From the NCBI GenBank assembly GCA_032718475.1, contig JAUCBJ010007616.1, forward strand, positions 1 through 64,000: DNA of 64,000 nucleotides, in the 5' to 3' direction. The translations under genes and the position numbers were made by a program. The DNA is from Nemertoderma westbladi (Eukaryota; Animalia; Xenacoelomorpha). Below are positions 38,020 through 50,225 of the stretch, one piece after another. Position 1 is the stretch's first letter. Each line of letters opens with the position of its first letter. The notes under the pieces were generated by a model. That model saw only the letters and a list, made by a program, of their open reading frames with translations, was not told the DNA's origin and did not search any database.

Positions 38020-38937
38020 ATGGCGCCCAAACGTAGTGGGAATCAGAATCCGGACTCGTCCGAAAAAATTGACAAACTCGAGAACTGGATAAAGACCTTG
38101 GTACTGGAAGTCAGAACCATGGATGGAAATGTAAAAAACTTGGAAAAGTCCATAAAAGCTATTCCAGATCTACAGGAAGCAATAAGCGGCTTAATAAGCG
38201 ATAACAAAGCTCTAAGGAAAGAAAACAAACGGTTGATAGACGCCAATGATAAATTGGACCAATACATGAAACGACACAACGTTCTTCTCCATGGAATTAA
38301 CGAGGGATCCGTCGAGGATACCAACCGTATAGTTTACGAGCTGCTAGAGAAACTAGGAATCCCACGAAACGAGGTTGACCTATTCCATCGACTAGGGCCA
38401 CCTAAGAACGACCGCACCAAATGTCGACCAATAATTATACGCTTTATTGGGCACTCTACTCGTCACATCGCCTTCCGAAACCGCAAACAACTTCCGGAAG
38501 GTGTTTACTTATCTGATCATCTTACCTTGTTAAGGGCAACTCTCCTGCGCGATGCTCTTAAGCTAAAGACTAACAAGAAAGTTGCAGCGGCATATTCAAC
38601 CAACGGTTCTGTTTACGTTCGTATGTCAGCAGACCGGAACGATATTCCGATATTAATCTCATCGCAGGAAGACATTGCTTACCTTCAGCAATCTCGTGAC
38701 ATTCCCAAGTCTAACCAAACAAGGCATAATGGGAACCAGTCCACTAATCGCCTCCCTCACGGCCGTCCTTCTGGTCGTCCTATTAATCAGCAACCGCCTG
38801 TATCCCCAACGCGATCGCAGGAAGGCGATGACGTGATCTATCGTGCAACAGTCGACAGTAATCATTCCGGCTCCCCAACGTGCTCACGCTCAGTCGACCT
38901 CACTGGTGACGGCAACTATTGCACAACTAATCGTTAA
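38020..38937 (+). CDS. LINE ORF1 protein (coiled coil + L1-type RRM/CTD)
   Basis: Heptad region then NVLLHGINE, HRLG, RPIIIRF, VYLSDHLT, STNGSVYV. Confidence 0.88.
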   Translation: MAPKRSGNQNPDSSEKIDKLENWIKTLVLEVRTMDGNVKNLEKSIKAIPDLQEAISGLISDNKALRKENKRLIDANDKLDQYMKRHNVLLHGINEGSVEDTNRIVYELLEKLGIPRNEVDLFHRLGPPKNDRTKCRPIIIRFIGHSTRHIAFRNRKQLPEGVYLSDHLTLLRATLLRDALKLKTNKKVAAAYSTNGSVYVRMSADRNDIPILISSQEDIAYLQQSRDIPKSNQTRHNGNQSTNRLPHGRPSGRPINQQPPVSPTRSQEGDDVIYRATVDSNHSGSPTCSRSVDLTGDGNYCTTNR

Positions 38938-39334
38938 CTCTCGGAATTCCCTATAACTTGTGATTGTAAGTAACATTTAAGTCCTCCAGACTATCTAGAT
39001 CAAACTAAACGGGTCAGGTCTGTCATTCGACATTATTTCTTAATGGTAAACAGATATAATATATAAATATGTAGTAACAATTTCTGCTGGTGTTGGGTGT
39101 ATTGGAATATATATATGTAATATTCATTTTCTTTCTTCACATTATTAACATTTCCTTTAATTATTTCACCCATCTCACATTGTAGGCATATTAACCAACC
39201 TTATTACTTTGGCGAACTCCAGGCTAAGAAAATGCAGATAGTAAGGTTAACAGTCAATAGTCATTTATCATCGTAACCCTCGTCTGTTTCATTTCATTAA
39301 CCCCCCCCACCCCCCCCCCCCCCCCCCACCATCC

Positions 39335-42300
39335 ATGATAGGTATGCCTCCTTACCCAAATCCCCTGTCCTGTAATTTTTGTTACACCAAATTCAGCACC
39401 TTTGAGTCCAAATTTTCATGTAGTATTTGTCGCAATATATATCATATACCGTGTGGGTCATACCAACAACCTGATAATATTGCTAACGGTATGCGGATGG
39501 GCCTGGACATTTACTGCTTTCATTGTTATAAGGATATTTTTCCATTTTATTCGGTTGGACCTGACGATTTTGACATATTTCAAGAACCTTCCGATGAAAT
39601 TGACAACAGTGTTTTCAATCAAACATTTTCGCACCTTGACCCTGACGAAAACATAAATAAAATAAATATTGATGGCGGCATTTATACAGAAAGCTCTTTT
39701 AATGGAGAAATAACAAATTTAAATAACCCTCCGACCTTTTCAATTTTTAATTTAAACTGCAGAGGTCTTCGCTCTAATTTTTCGGCTACAGTTGATTTCT
39801 TATTAACTATTAAACATAAGTTTGACATAATTACCTTTAGCGAAACTTTTTTGACCGATAATACTTCCACTGATTTACTAAAACTGATAGGCTATCATAA
39901 CCCCTTTCTAAATAACCGCAAAACAGGTAAACTGGATAGGGGTGGCACTGCGATCTATGTCAAAGACACCATCAATGTTTTAGAACGGAATGACTTACAA
40001 ATTGAGGGCCTTGAGACCTCTTGGGTTGAGATTACGCGTCCGCGGTTCAAAACACTAATAGTAGGGGCTATATACAGAACTGATGCTGTCCACCGTGATG
40101 ACTTTACTCGACTACTTGATTCTGCACTCTCACGTTTTGCTAATTCTAAATATGACGTAATTATTGCCGGTGATACTAACATTGATTTACTGAAACCTAA
40201 GGACAAACCGAAGGAATATATCAATCTACTAAATACGTATGGATTTATACAATTAATTAATTCACCTACCCGCATAAGTTCCTGGACCAATAATACTACC
40301 GGCTCTACCATACGAACTGAATCTATTATCGACCACATACTTACAAATATTACTTCTTGCGTATCAACATCCGGAACATTTAAAGTAAAAATCGGTACAT
40401 CAGACCATCAACCAACCTTCATCTGTCTTCAAAATTATTCCTGCTATTTAAAAAAACCCGATCAACATAGTGCATTTGATTTTTCAAAATTTAACACAAC
40501 TAACTTTCTTCACGATGTCAAACTCACATCCAACTGGTCTTATACAGATAAAAACGTTGACAATTTTGAAAAATTTAATGTTTTTTATAAAGATCTCGAG
40601 AGAATTTGTCATAAACACGTCCCAACAAAAATTATAACGTCTCAACGAAAAATTCCCGACAAGCCATGGATGACAGATTCTCTTATAACTTGTACTCTCC
40701 AGAAAAATAAACTATACCGCAATTACTTAAAATCTCCAACTGAAGTTAATCATGACATCTATAAAAAATACCGTAACAAATTAACTTCTACCTTGCGTGT
40801 CGCGGAAAAAAACTACTATCAAATAAAATTTGAAGAAAATAGAAATAATATTAAAAAAACCTGGGTAATTATAAATTCCGCTCTACATAGAAATAAGAAA
40901 TCAAATATCCCAAATCAATTAACAATAAAAACAGATAATTCTGTAGAAGTTATTACGGACCCCACTAAAATTGCCACTATTTTTAATAGTCATTTTGCTA
41001 CAGTAGGACCAAAATTAGATAAACAAATTCCATTATCAAGTCGTTCACCTCTTCGTAATATTTCACGATTCAACCTCCGCCCTAACTCCTTTGTTCTTAC
41101 AGAGATTTCTCCTGTTGAAATAGAATACTTGATTCTTCAATTGAATCCTAAGTCCGCCACAAATGACTCGCTCCCAATTAAACTAATTCAACTTGCAGCT
41201 AAGCCTCTCTCTATCCATCTAAACTACATAATTAATCTGTCGATTACTCATGGTTTTTTCCCTAGCGCCCTTAAAATAGCAAAAATTATTCCTGTTTTTA
41301 AATCTGACAATCCAAAAGACCCAAATAATTATCGGCCTATCTCCCTCTTACCAGTGTTAAGTAAAATTTTTGAGCAATTAATTAACTCACAGCTTCACTC
41401 TTACCTTACTAAATATTCAATCCTCTCTACGTGCCAATACGGATTTCGTCCAAAAACCTCGACATCGCATGCTTTATTCTCAGTTACAGAAAGAATCCAT
41501 CAAGCCCTTGAAGAAAAAAATTCAACCTGTACCATCTATATAGATCTCAAAAAGGCATTCGATACCATTAATCATAAAATTTTATTAAACAAGTTAGAAT
41601 GTTACGGTATCCGAGGATCTCCTTTGGATCTTATATCAAGTTTTCTGACTTCTAGATTTCAATTTGTCTCCATACCTGGCCACTCATCACCACTACTGCC
41701 CTTAACTTGCGGCGTACCTCAGGGAGGCGTTCTATCACCGTTACTGTTCCTTTTGTACATTAATGACTTGCCTAACGCTTCTTCTCTTCTAACAACTCTC
41801 TTTGCCGACGACACTACTCTCCTTCAATCAGCTAAACATATTAATGCTCTAATACATGAAACTAATAACGAATTAAATAAACTGACTGAATGGTTAGTAG
41901 ACAATCGCCTTTCATTAAACTTATCTAAAACGGAATTTACTTTATTTTCAAATACGGTGCAAAATACAACAAATATACCTCCACTACAAATTAATTCGAA
42001 AAATGTTAATAAATCCATATGCACAAAATTTTTAGGAATTCATGTAGACAACAAACTATCTTGGAAGTCACACGTACAATTTATTACTAAAAAAATTTCT
42101 AGAACAATTGGCATCTTTTATAAACTTAGGCACTCTTTTCCACTGATTATACTCAGACAACTTTATTTTTCACTTATACATCAATATATAAACTATGGTA
42201 TAATCATATGGGGAAGTACCTATCCCACTATACTTAAACCTCTACGTACCAAAATAAATAAATTTGTCCGCTGCGTAACTTTTTCACACTCTCAATCCTC

Positions 42301-42643
42301 CTCACTACCTCTATATAAATCTCTATCTATTTTGCCCCTTGAATTATTATATAAACATCAAGCAGCCCTATTCATGCACGATATCAATTATAGTAATATT
42401 ATATCTAATACTAGCCATATAGGCAAATTATTCATAAAAACTGCTTCCACCCACAGATATTTCACGCGTTCTGTAGCACATGGAAACTATCATGTGCCAT
42501 CAGTCCGGCTAGACTCCTCGAAACGGTCCCTGAGATATCAAGGTCCCTTGATTTGGAACGACATTCCGCTAGCTGCTCGCGAATCAAAAAACAAAAATAC
42601 TTTTTCGCGTAAATTTAAGGAAATATTGTTTGCCTCTATTTAA
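39335..42643 (+). CDS. LINE ORF2 (PHD-like finger, APE endonuclease, reverse transcriptase)
   Basis: CNFC..CSIC..YHIPC..YCFHC; SETFL, AGDTNID, IDHI, SDH; NYRPISLL, QYGFR, DLKKAFDT, GVPQGGVLSP, FADD. Confidence 0.96.
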   Translation: MIGMPPYPNPLSCNFCYTKFSTFESKFSCSICRNIYHIPCGSYQQPDNIANGMRMGLDIYCFHCYKDIFPFYSVGPDDFDIFQEPSDEIDNSVFNQTFSHLDPDENINKINIDGGIYTESSFNGEITNLNNPPTFSIFNLNCRGLRSNFSATVDFLLTIKHKFDIITFSETFLTDNTSTDLLKLIGYHNPFLNNRKTGKLDRGGTAIYVKDTINVLERNDLQIEGLETSWVEITRPRFKTLIVGAIYRTDAVHRDDFTRLLDSALSRFANSKYDVIIAGDTNIDLLKPKDKPKEYINLLNTYGFIQLINSPTRISSWTNNTTGSTIRTESIIDHILTNITSCVSTSGTFKVKIGTSDHQPTFICLQNYSCYLKKPDQHSAFDFSKFNTTNFLHDVKLTSNWSYTDKNVDNFEKFNVFYKDLERICHKHVPTKIITSQRKIPDKPWMTDSLITCTLQKNKLYRNYLKSPTEVNHDIYKKYRNKLTSTLRVAEKNYYQIKFEENRNNIKKTWVIINSALHRNKKSNIPNQLTIKTDNSVEVITDPTKIATIFNSHFATVGPKLDKQIPLSSRSPLRNISRFNLRPNSFVLTEISPVEIEYLILQLNPKSATNDSLPIKLIQLAAKPLSIHLNYIINLSITHGFFPSALKIAKIIPVFKSDNPKDPNNYRPISLLPVLSKIFEQLINSQLHSYLTKYSILSTCQYGFRPKTSTSHALFSVTERIHQALEEKNSTCTIYIDLKKAFDTINHKILLNKLECYGIRGSPLDLISSFLTSRFQFVSIPGHSSPLLPLTCGVPQGGVLSPLLFLLYINDLPNASSLLTTLFADDTTLLQSAKHINALIHETNNELNKLTEWLVDNRLSLNLSKTEFTLFSNTVQNTTNIPPLQINSKNVNKSICTKFLGIHVDNKLSWKSHVQFITKKISRTIGIFYKLRHSFPLIILRQLYFSLIHQYINYGIIIWGSTYPTILKPLRTKINKFVRCVTFSHSQSSSLPLYKSLSILPLELLYKHQAALFMHDINYSNIISNTSHIGKLFIKTASTHRYFTRSVAHGNYHVPSVRLDSSKRSLRYQGPLIWNDIPLAARESKNKNTFSRKFKEILFASI

Positions 42644-44059
42644 ATTTAAATATCTAATTTTGTATGTCGATTTATTGCATAATCCACATAATTAAAACAT
42701 AAATCAATATAACGCAGTAAATTTTCACGGTGCCATGTTATTATAGTAGCCACCAAGGCCCTCAACTAAATTCGCAAAATTAGCTGAATAAGGTATACCC
42801 ACGGACATTGTCACTGATTACCCCCCCCCCCCCACCCTACCCCCCAACCCTACCCCCCATACCTTCCCCAACCCCTGGTTTCTCTAGCTGCTGTAGTTGG
42901 TCTTTTACTAGCTCTGCTATTGTCCGGCTACAGCAGCGCACTTTCATTCTTCCACTAAATTGTTAATGTAATTGTTAAAATATGCAGTTTGAGATATCAG
43001 AAGGAAATATACTTGATTTGATTTGAACAGACACACTGATTCAGTTAGTGGTACTTGTATGCAAAGCTCCCTTACTTTCGTCGCTCACCCCACATCTACA
43101 AATATTATACCCAGAAGGCGTTCTGACCATGGATTTTAATTATTGAATGCCGTGTTTATAGTCACATTGGTGTTGGTAAACAGTCAGTTTAATTACAAGA
43201 TCTAAGGCTTCAAACCTGGAAGGATTGAAATCGATCTAATAGGTCTCACTTATCGTTACGGTCCCAAAACCAACCATACCACCCAGCCCATCAGTGGAAA
43301 CGAAACCATGGAACATTCAAAAGCCCAGGTTCTCAGGTATTTTCAACAAAATTTATATGTTTTTAATTATTTGGAATCCTTGCATGTTCAGCTTTCCATG
43401 ATACCAACAAACCACTACTGTAAGGTTGAATAATATATAGTAATTACGGCGTAACTGGTTAAATATCGCTAAATATTGAAAACAAGAATACCAATTATTA
43501 CTGTTTATCTGATTCAAATTTCATGCGATTTCATTAATATTTGTAAAAAAAATTGGTGGGGTTCCAGGTAACTGAATTACGACACTACTGTATATTCCAG
43601 TACTAGTGTAGGTGTATTTTATTATTATTTAATATAATTGTATTTTCGTTATTTGATGTTATCTAGCTGTCGGAAATATTTTTATCTGTCTGTAAATGTT
43701 TTGTGAATTTTTTTATTTTATCTTCGGTTTATATTTCAAGCGAAATAACTTTGGCATCAAATTACCAATACTGGTGGAGTAGGGGTTCTTGTTTAGCTTA
43801 GGGCCTCTGTTGTATATATTATTTGTCAAAGATTTACCTTTTATCTTTACATGATCCACTATACCAAACATTATTCATCATTTATGTGTATTAGTAGTGA
43901 ACGTGAAACGTGGTAGTTTGTACATATTATTTTTTTTATGAGAAGATAAGGGGGGCTCACAGGCAGGGTAAAATTCTATTTTTAATTAAATATCTACGTT
44001 AAACCGGAGAAAGAGCATGATGGTGATAGGTCGTGAAACGGCTTGGTGTTTCAGAAACA

Positions 44060-44548
44060 TTTATGATGGAAGCTGTGTGCAGCGGTGTAAATAAGATAGA
44101 TGGAAGCCGTGAGCAGTGGTGCAAGTAATGGAATGATGGAAGCCATGTACAGTGGTGTGATTAATTGTGATGGTAGTCGTATGGAGTGGTGTGTGTGAGT
44201 AACAATGTGATTGAAGCTATGAACAGTTTTAGAACAGTTGAACATGATTAATGGTGATGGAAGCTGCGGGTAGTGGTGTGTGGTGTGAAGCGAGTAACGG
44301 TATGATGGAAGGGTGTCATTGCGTTTCGGCAACTGATAGTAGCGTTAAAGCCGCGTTTCAGCAACTCATTGTCGCGTTTCGGCAACATGGTAACAAGGTT
44401 GTGTTTCGGCAACTAAGTGATGCATGCATTCGGCTCATAGTTTCATTTCGGCAACTCATAGTTGCATTTCGGCAACTGTTAACAGGATGCGCTTAGGCAA
44501 ACTGATGGATGCGTTTCGGCAACTGATAGATGCGTTTCAGCAACTCGT
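44060..44548. repeat. Composite repeat block (gatggaagc units, then gtttcggcaact units), probable transposon terminus
   Basis: The gtttcggcaact array is the inverse of the agttgccgaaac array at 49865-50045. Confidence 0.6.
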
Positions 44549-45073
44549 AAAGAAAGGCCAACTGGATAGTTGTATAGAGCCTACAGTATAGAGATTGGTG
44601 GAATCTCAACGTCACCATCGCATTGTATCAACATAGGGCAGAACAAATCAGGATTATTTATTACCTTTTATTACAAAATAAAACAAACAAAAACGACATA
44701 AACAAATATATTGAAACATGCTCAACATACAGGTATGTATCGCTCCCTAACCCTAACCTAACCGCCATACACTAAATGATACCGGTAGTATACTGCACAA
44801 TAGCTAAGCCTATATTCCATAGAAAAATATATGACATTTTGTCGCCGCAAAGGGGTAGAACTCAAGCAAAAATAATTAATTTTATCAAAAATATGGTTGC
44901 GTTTTGGTGTCTGAGACCCAGTACGCGGTAATCTCGACACCTCATCAGCTGGACAAAGGATTACCCAAAGCCTATCTATATTGCACCAATGACCTAAAAA
45001 AATCGCACCATGAACTCTGTTACCACCTATCCCAAACAGACATCAGACCACAGAACATTGGAACCTTATACAG

Positions 45074-48000
45074 TAGGGTGGGTCATAAAATGTAAAAGTT
45101 ATGCAATTGCTCCACAAGTTGTACAAGTGAGGAGGCTTGGAGTGAGATGGAAAAATACCAAAAATTAAATAAAATGAAGCACCCCTTGGGGGTCCTCCAA
45201 CAGGTCACATATTGTGGCTAGCGAGTGGTTTTTTCATTAAATAAATTATCGACTAATTTTAAAGAATATTATGTTTATGTGCTCAGAATTAGGTTTCTTG
45301 ACCACAAACACGATTAGTAACGTTTCCAACATCCCCAGTTGCCTGGACGACATTTTATTGGACGACAATTTGTACTGAGTGAAGAGCTTATCTGGGTGGG
45401 AAATTCAAAAATGATTTAGTCTTACTTTCAGCATCTTGACTTTTTGGTGATGTGACGTACAAAACTATATTCATCATTTCAAATACCGGTAGGCCTATTG
45501 CTATTACATGTATCAAACGGTTACAATCGTGGATAAATCCGCTGCTACTTAAAGCTACTTAACAGTTGTAAGGAAAATAATCACAATTATTTACCGGTAT
45601 TATATTAAAGTTGAACAAATTAGACTTTTTGGTGATGTGACATACAAAGCTATATTCATCATTTCAAATACCGGTAGGCCTATTGCTATTACATGTATCA
45701 AACGGTTACAATCGTGGATAAATCCGCTGCTACTTAAAGCTACTTAACAGTTGTAAGGAAAATAATCACAATTAATTACCGGTATTATATTAAAGTTGAA
45801 CAAATTAGAATGGCATTGCGATCTAAAGCTAGTTTATGTGGTCATCCAACTGAACTGCCTTGTAATCAGCTACCAACTCTTGGTGATGTATTACGGCATT
45901 TTGAATATGTTCGGCTAAAAAAAAATGAAAGTCACCCGTCACGGCGTGAGCTGGCAGAAGCTGTAGCTCAGGATATTATAGCTCTTTATACTAAATCATC
46001 AATCCCTACAATAACAAAGGAAGGAATTATTTGGAAAATATTAAATGACAGTAATAAGATCCGTGATATTGATAAGGTTCCTCATCAGCGTAGATCAAAG
46101 CCATATTTCATTGATCGGGTAGAAGAATGTAATAGCCGTTTAATATGTATGTTCGATGTTTCTGGCGAACTGATTCCAGAAATTGAACGGCCATTTCTTG
46201 AAGATCAACGTGGAATGAGACGAATGTTCATCGGTGGTATTGACCGGAAAGAATCCTTAGCAATTCAGAAGCGTGTGGATCGGCAGCAGCAACTTATTGA
46301 GAGGGAGGAAAAAGAAGCGAAGCGTGTTAGTGAAATCCTTACTGATACAATGGCAGTCGATGATGGACTATCAAACCCCCAACCTGGAACTTCTGGGATA
46401 TCAAGTGGAAGCCAAATTACTGGTACCGGTACCCAGATAGCACGAGAGCATGTCCCTAGGAACTACAGCAAGTTCCCCCTGGTAGCCCGTGAAGCCGATA
46501 GATATGGATTATCAAATCGTGCTGTAGCAGCAGTAGTAACTGCCACTCTCCAGGATGCTACCTTGGATTTTAGTTCCAGTCAGATTGTTGATAAAAACAA
46601 GATTAGCCGTATTAGGGAGAAAAGGCGAGAGAATCTTGGTAACCTGGATCGATCATATAGTCCAATTCATGGGATTTATTTCGATGGTAGAAAAGATAGT
46701 ACACTAGTTAAAGATGAGCAATCACAAAATTTTGTCAAGCTTCGTGTTGAGGAACACTATGTTCTGGTGGAAGAACCTGTTGGTAAGTATTTAGGACATG
46801 TTTGTCCAAAGTCGGGAAAAGCTGTTGACATTGCAGGATCCTTCTTTGATTTCTTTGAGGCGAATAATTTGGATATAAGTGGTATACTTGTCATCGGGTG
46901 TGACGGAACAAATGTAAATACGGGTCGAGTTGGAGGCATAATTCGACTGATTGAAGAAGAGAAGATGTCACCAGTGCAATGGATGGTATGTCTTTTGCAT
47001 ATTAATGAGTTGCCACTCCGCCATATCTTTAGTCAGTTAGATGGTCCAACGGAAGGTCCAAGCTCCTTCAAAGGACCAATTGGCACTCAAATAAAAGGTT
47101 CCCTGATTGATAAACCAGTTGTTTCATATACTCCCATTCCTTCTCCCAACTTTCTGGTTCTAGATGAGAATGTAATAAATTCGCTCAGTGCAGATCAGAA
47201 GTATCTGTATCATATAACCTTAGCAATCTCTACAGGACAGTGCAGTGGTGACACCTCCATCTTAGAGCCTGGTAGAATGGCGCATTCACGATGGGTTACC
47301 ACTGCTAATCGTATTTGCCGACTATATGTGAGCGTTGACCACCCATCGAGAGAACTAGTGGATCTAACAACATTCATCTTATTGGTGTATTCTCCCATGT
47401 GGTTTCTGATAAAACGGGAGCATCACCTTCAGCAAGGGCCAAGCAATTTCTTCTCCCTTGTGAAGTGGAGCCGATATCTTACTGGAGTTCAGAAAGAAAC
47501 TGTGGATAAAGTATTAAAGCGGAACTGCTTTTTTGCTCACCCCGAGAATATATTACTTGCTATGGTATACGACCCCAGTCCTGTTATTCGTGAATTAGCT
47601 GTGCGACGCATTCTAAAGGCTCGGGAGAAACACAAGCTCGATTCTGTTCGTTGCTTCGTTACACCAGAACTTAACCTTGAAGCAGACGACTACACTAGTC
47701 TTGTGAAGTGGTGGGATCCAAATCTGACTGTGACTGAGCCGCCAATACTTTCAAATATATCGAATGAGATCCTCACACTACTTACCAATCAACCTGAACT
47801 CGTCCCATTACCAATTGGATATCCCTGTCATCAGCAGTTAGTTGAGCGTATGGTACGGGTTGTCACAGAGGCTTCTCAACAAGTCGTTGGTAAGGTTAAG
47901 AGAGATCAACTGATAAAGTCACGAATTGATGCCCGGGACCAAAGACCCAAATTTGACTCCAAGATCGATTACATTGTATAGTTTTACAAATAACTAAAGA

Positions 48001-48531
48001 GCCCCGATAATTCAGTGATACTGGTACTGTCGTATTCACTGAAAGAAAGGATACATTTTTATAAATTGGGTTGTTACATAATTTCCATACACAACACAAT
48101 ATGCAGAAATTTGACTGAATACTCGAACTAACAGCATAAAGTGTTAGAGGTGGAAAGAAATAGTGGTAATTCATGAATGTTATCGAAAATATTAAGTTTA
48201 TTGTTTTTTTCAGGCTGTTTGTTTATTTACCAAATTGTGATACTTGGGGTCCCTCAAAAGTGATGTTGATGAAAGCAGGGATATAGTTTTAGTAGACAAG
48301 AAAACGAAATCTAAGCAGATTAACATATTATTTCTTTAAATTAGTCGATTATCTACCACTTACCCGTTATAAGGAAACGCCCGCTAGCCCCAATATGTGA
48401 CCAGTTGGAGGACCCCCAAGGGGTGATTCAATTTATTCAATTTTTGGTATTTTTTCATCTCACACCAAGCCTCCTCACTGGTACAACTTGTGGAGCAATT
48501 GCATAACTTTTACATTTTATGACCCACCCTA
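45074..48531 (+). mobile_element. Autonomous-looking hAT (hATm-type) DNA transposon
   Basis: Long TIRs starting TAGGGTGGGTCATAAAATG (first ~50 bp perfect, similarity extends >200 bp); 8-bp TSD TTATACAG at 45066-45073 and 48532-48539. Confidence 0.93.
45810..47981 (+). CDS. hATm-type transposase, 723 aa, uninterrupted
   Basis: FDGRKD, GCDGTNVNTG, CLLHINELPLRH, HSRWVT, FAHPEN, PCHQQLVER motifs. Confidence 0.92.
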   Translation: MALRSKASLCGHPTELPCNQLPTLGDVLRHFEYVRLKKNESHPSRRELAEAVAQDIIALYTKSSIPTITKEGIIWKILNDSNKIRDIDKVPHQRRSKPYFIDRVEECNSRLICMFDVSGELIPEIERPFLEDQRGMRRMFIGGIDRKESLAIQKRVDRQQQLIEREEKEAKRVSEILTDTMAVDDGLSNPQPGTSGISSGSQITGTGTQIAREHVPRNYSKFPLVAREADRYGLSNRAVAAVVTATLQDATLDFSSSQIVDKNKISRIREKRRENLGNLDRSYSPIHGIYFDGRKDSTLVKDEQSQNFVKLRVEEHYVLVEEPVGKYLGHVCPKSGKAVDIAGSFFDFFEANNLDISGILVIGCDGTNVNTGRVGGIIRLIEEEKMSPVQWMVCLLHINELPLRHIFSQLDGPTEGPSSFKGPIGTQIKGSLIDKPVVSYTPIPSPNFLVLDENVINSLSADQKYLYHITLAISTGQCSGDTSILEPGRMAHSRWVTTANRICRLYVSVDHPSRELVDLTTFILLVYSPMWFLIKREHHLQQGPSNFFSLVKWSRYLTGVQKETVDKVLKRNCFFAHPENILLAMVYDPSPVIRELAVRRILKAREKHKLDSVRCFVTPELNLEADDYTSLVKWWDPNLTVTEPPILSNISNEILTLLTNQPELVPLPIGYPCHQQLVERMVRVVTEASQQVVGKVKRDQLIKSRIDARDQRPKFDSKIDYIV

Positions 48532-48949
48532 TTATACAGTAAGTAAATCAGTGATACCAATGGAAAACTGGTAGGTTGCTGGGGCAAACACATACAGTAT
48601 AAAAAATATATTAGATTCTACAATTTGCAGTAATCGTCGGAATTCTGCTTAACTTCATAATGTGATAATTGAAAGTACCGACATACTGACTAATGGGGCT
48701 TGGTGGTATATAAATATAATAAATGGGTAAACACTAAAGACTTACACCCCTTAATCTAACAAAAAAAAAACATAGGATCAGGACATTAAGCCCTAAGTAG
48801 TACTTAGCCCTAAGGCCATCAAAAAAACGACACAAAATAAAACAAACAAAAACGACATAAACAAATATATTGAAACATATATATATATGTATTTATATAC
48901 CACCAAGCCCCATTAGTCAGTATGTCGGTACTTTCAATTATCACATAAA

Positions 48950-49575
48950 TGGTTCAAACAGCTCTACACTATCCATGGCTATATTCGCAACGAACATGGA
49001 GTAGAATCCAAACCCTTAGTTGTCGGATTACTCAACAGCAAGAAAGAACTCGGTTATAACCTATTCTTTCAGAGCATTCGCAATCGTCTATTGGAAATCT
49101 TTCCTGTAATGGAACCATTGGCTGGAAAGCTAGGGTATTTTGATTAAGAGACTGGTGCACAAAATGCCCGGCTAGCTGCATTCCCATATAGTGCTGTGCA
49201 AGGTTGTCAATTTCATAATAGTCAGTGCATCATCAGACACTTATCTGAGAATGGTCTTCTAAAGGTTTATTGTCAGCATCCACCATATATTGGTCCCGAG
49301 TATCGTGAGATAAATCAATGGATTCGTCGTTTAACAGCATTACCAATGGCACCATATTGGCTAGTCAGACCGATCTGGGATAACTTTCTCCATACAGTTC
49401 CTGTAGTTAACGAAATGGATGTAGATCATCCAGAACATAGACTGAGAGTTGCTGTGAATACAAACCTGCTAGTTTTCGAGCAGTACTTCTGTACACAATG
49501 GATGAATGAAGAGAAGATTATCCTCACCAATCAGTTCAACAATAATTGACCGCGCACTGATAACGATGCTGAAGT
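48950..49575 (+). pseudogene. Degenerate MULE transposase
   Basis: PLVVGLL..K, D*ETGAQNA, GCQFHNSQCI, RRLTALP, RTDNDAE; in-frame stops. Confidence 0.7.
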
Positions 49576-49861
49576 TGATGATTGATGATTAGTTCTAATT
49601 TTAGGTTAGTTTACTAAGTGTCACAAACGGAACATCACGGGTGAAAAAAATTCCACATTTATCAATCAGACCACAAAATTTTATTTTATATTATTTTATC
49701 ACTGCCATATGTGCAAACCGGCAATGTACACATATAAATGACCTAAAATTAACAACTCTGCCGTCAATAACTATAACTAACTTAAACATACTAACTCATC
49801 ATTTATAATTTTCTTACATAATGAGGGCAGTCACAGTTACATTACATACAAGGGTATGTGA

Positions 49862-50225
49862 CCTAGTTGCCGAAACGCAACTTCAGTTCGCCGAAATGCA
49901 ACTACGAGTTGCCGAAATGCAACTACGAGTTGCCGAAATGCAACTACGAGTTGCCGAAACACAACTATAGCAGTTTGTGAAACGTAATTGTTCAGTTGCC
50001 GAAACACGAATTCGAGTTGCCTAAACGTGACAGTTGCAGAAACGCGACGTAACTGATGGAAGCCATGAGTAGTGGTGTGAGTAAAGCTGAAGGTAGCTGT
50101 ATGTGAGCAGTGGCGCGAGAAAAGGTGATGGAAGCTGTATGTGAGTAATGTATGTAATGGCATTATGGAAGCCATGCCGTGAGCAGAGGGATAGCTCCGA
50201 AGTGATGCCGATAGCAGCAATGATG
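49862..50225. repeat. Composite repeat block (agttgccgaaa units, then gatggaagc units)
   Basis: Same two motif types as 44060-44548. Confidence 0.6.

Larger units (their letters stand above)
37819..43025 (+). mobile_element. Full-length CR1/L2-group (Crack-like) LINE
   Basis: Two intact ORFs, 3' (TTTGA)n tail at 43014-43025, flanking direct repeat AACAGAC (37812-37818 and 43026-43032). Confidence 0.9.
36634..43094 (+). mobile_element. Helentron-like non-autonomous element (family copy A) split by the LINE
   Basis: 5' ttacacgttcatgggg matches 51211; 37686-37818 matches 52525-52660; 43033-43094 matches the 3' end cttcgtggctcgccccaca. Confidence 0.6.

Noticed and set aside
44745-44763. Telomere-like (CCCTAA)n, also at ~56814-56829
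   Set aside because: Only 2-3 units, a common motif within DNA-transposon remnants
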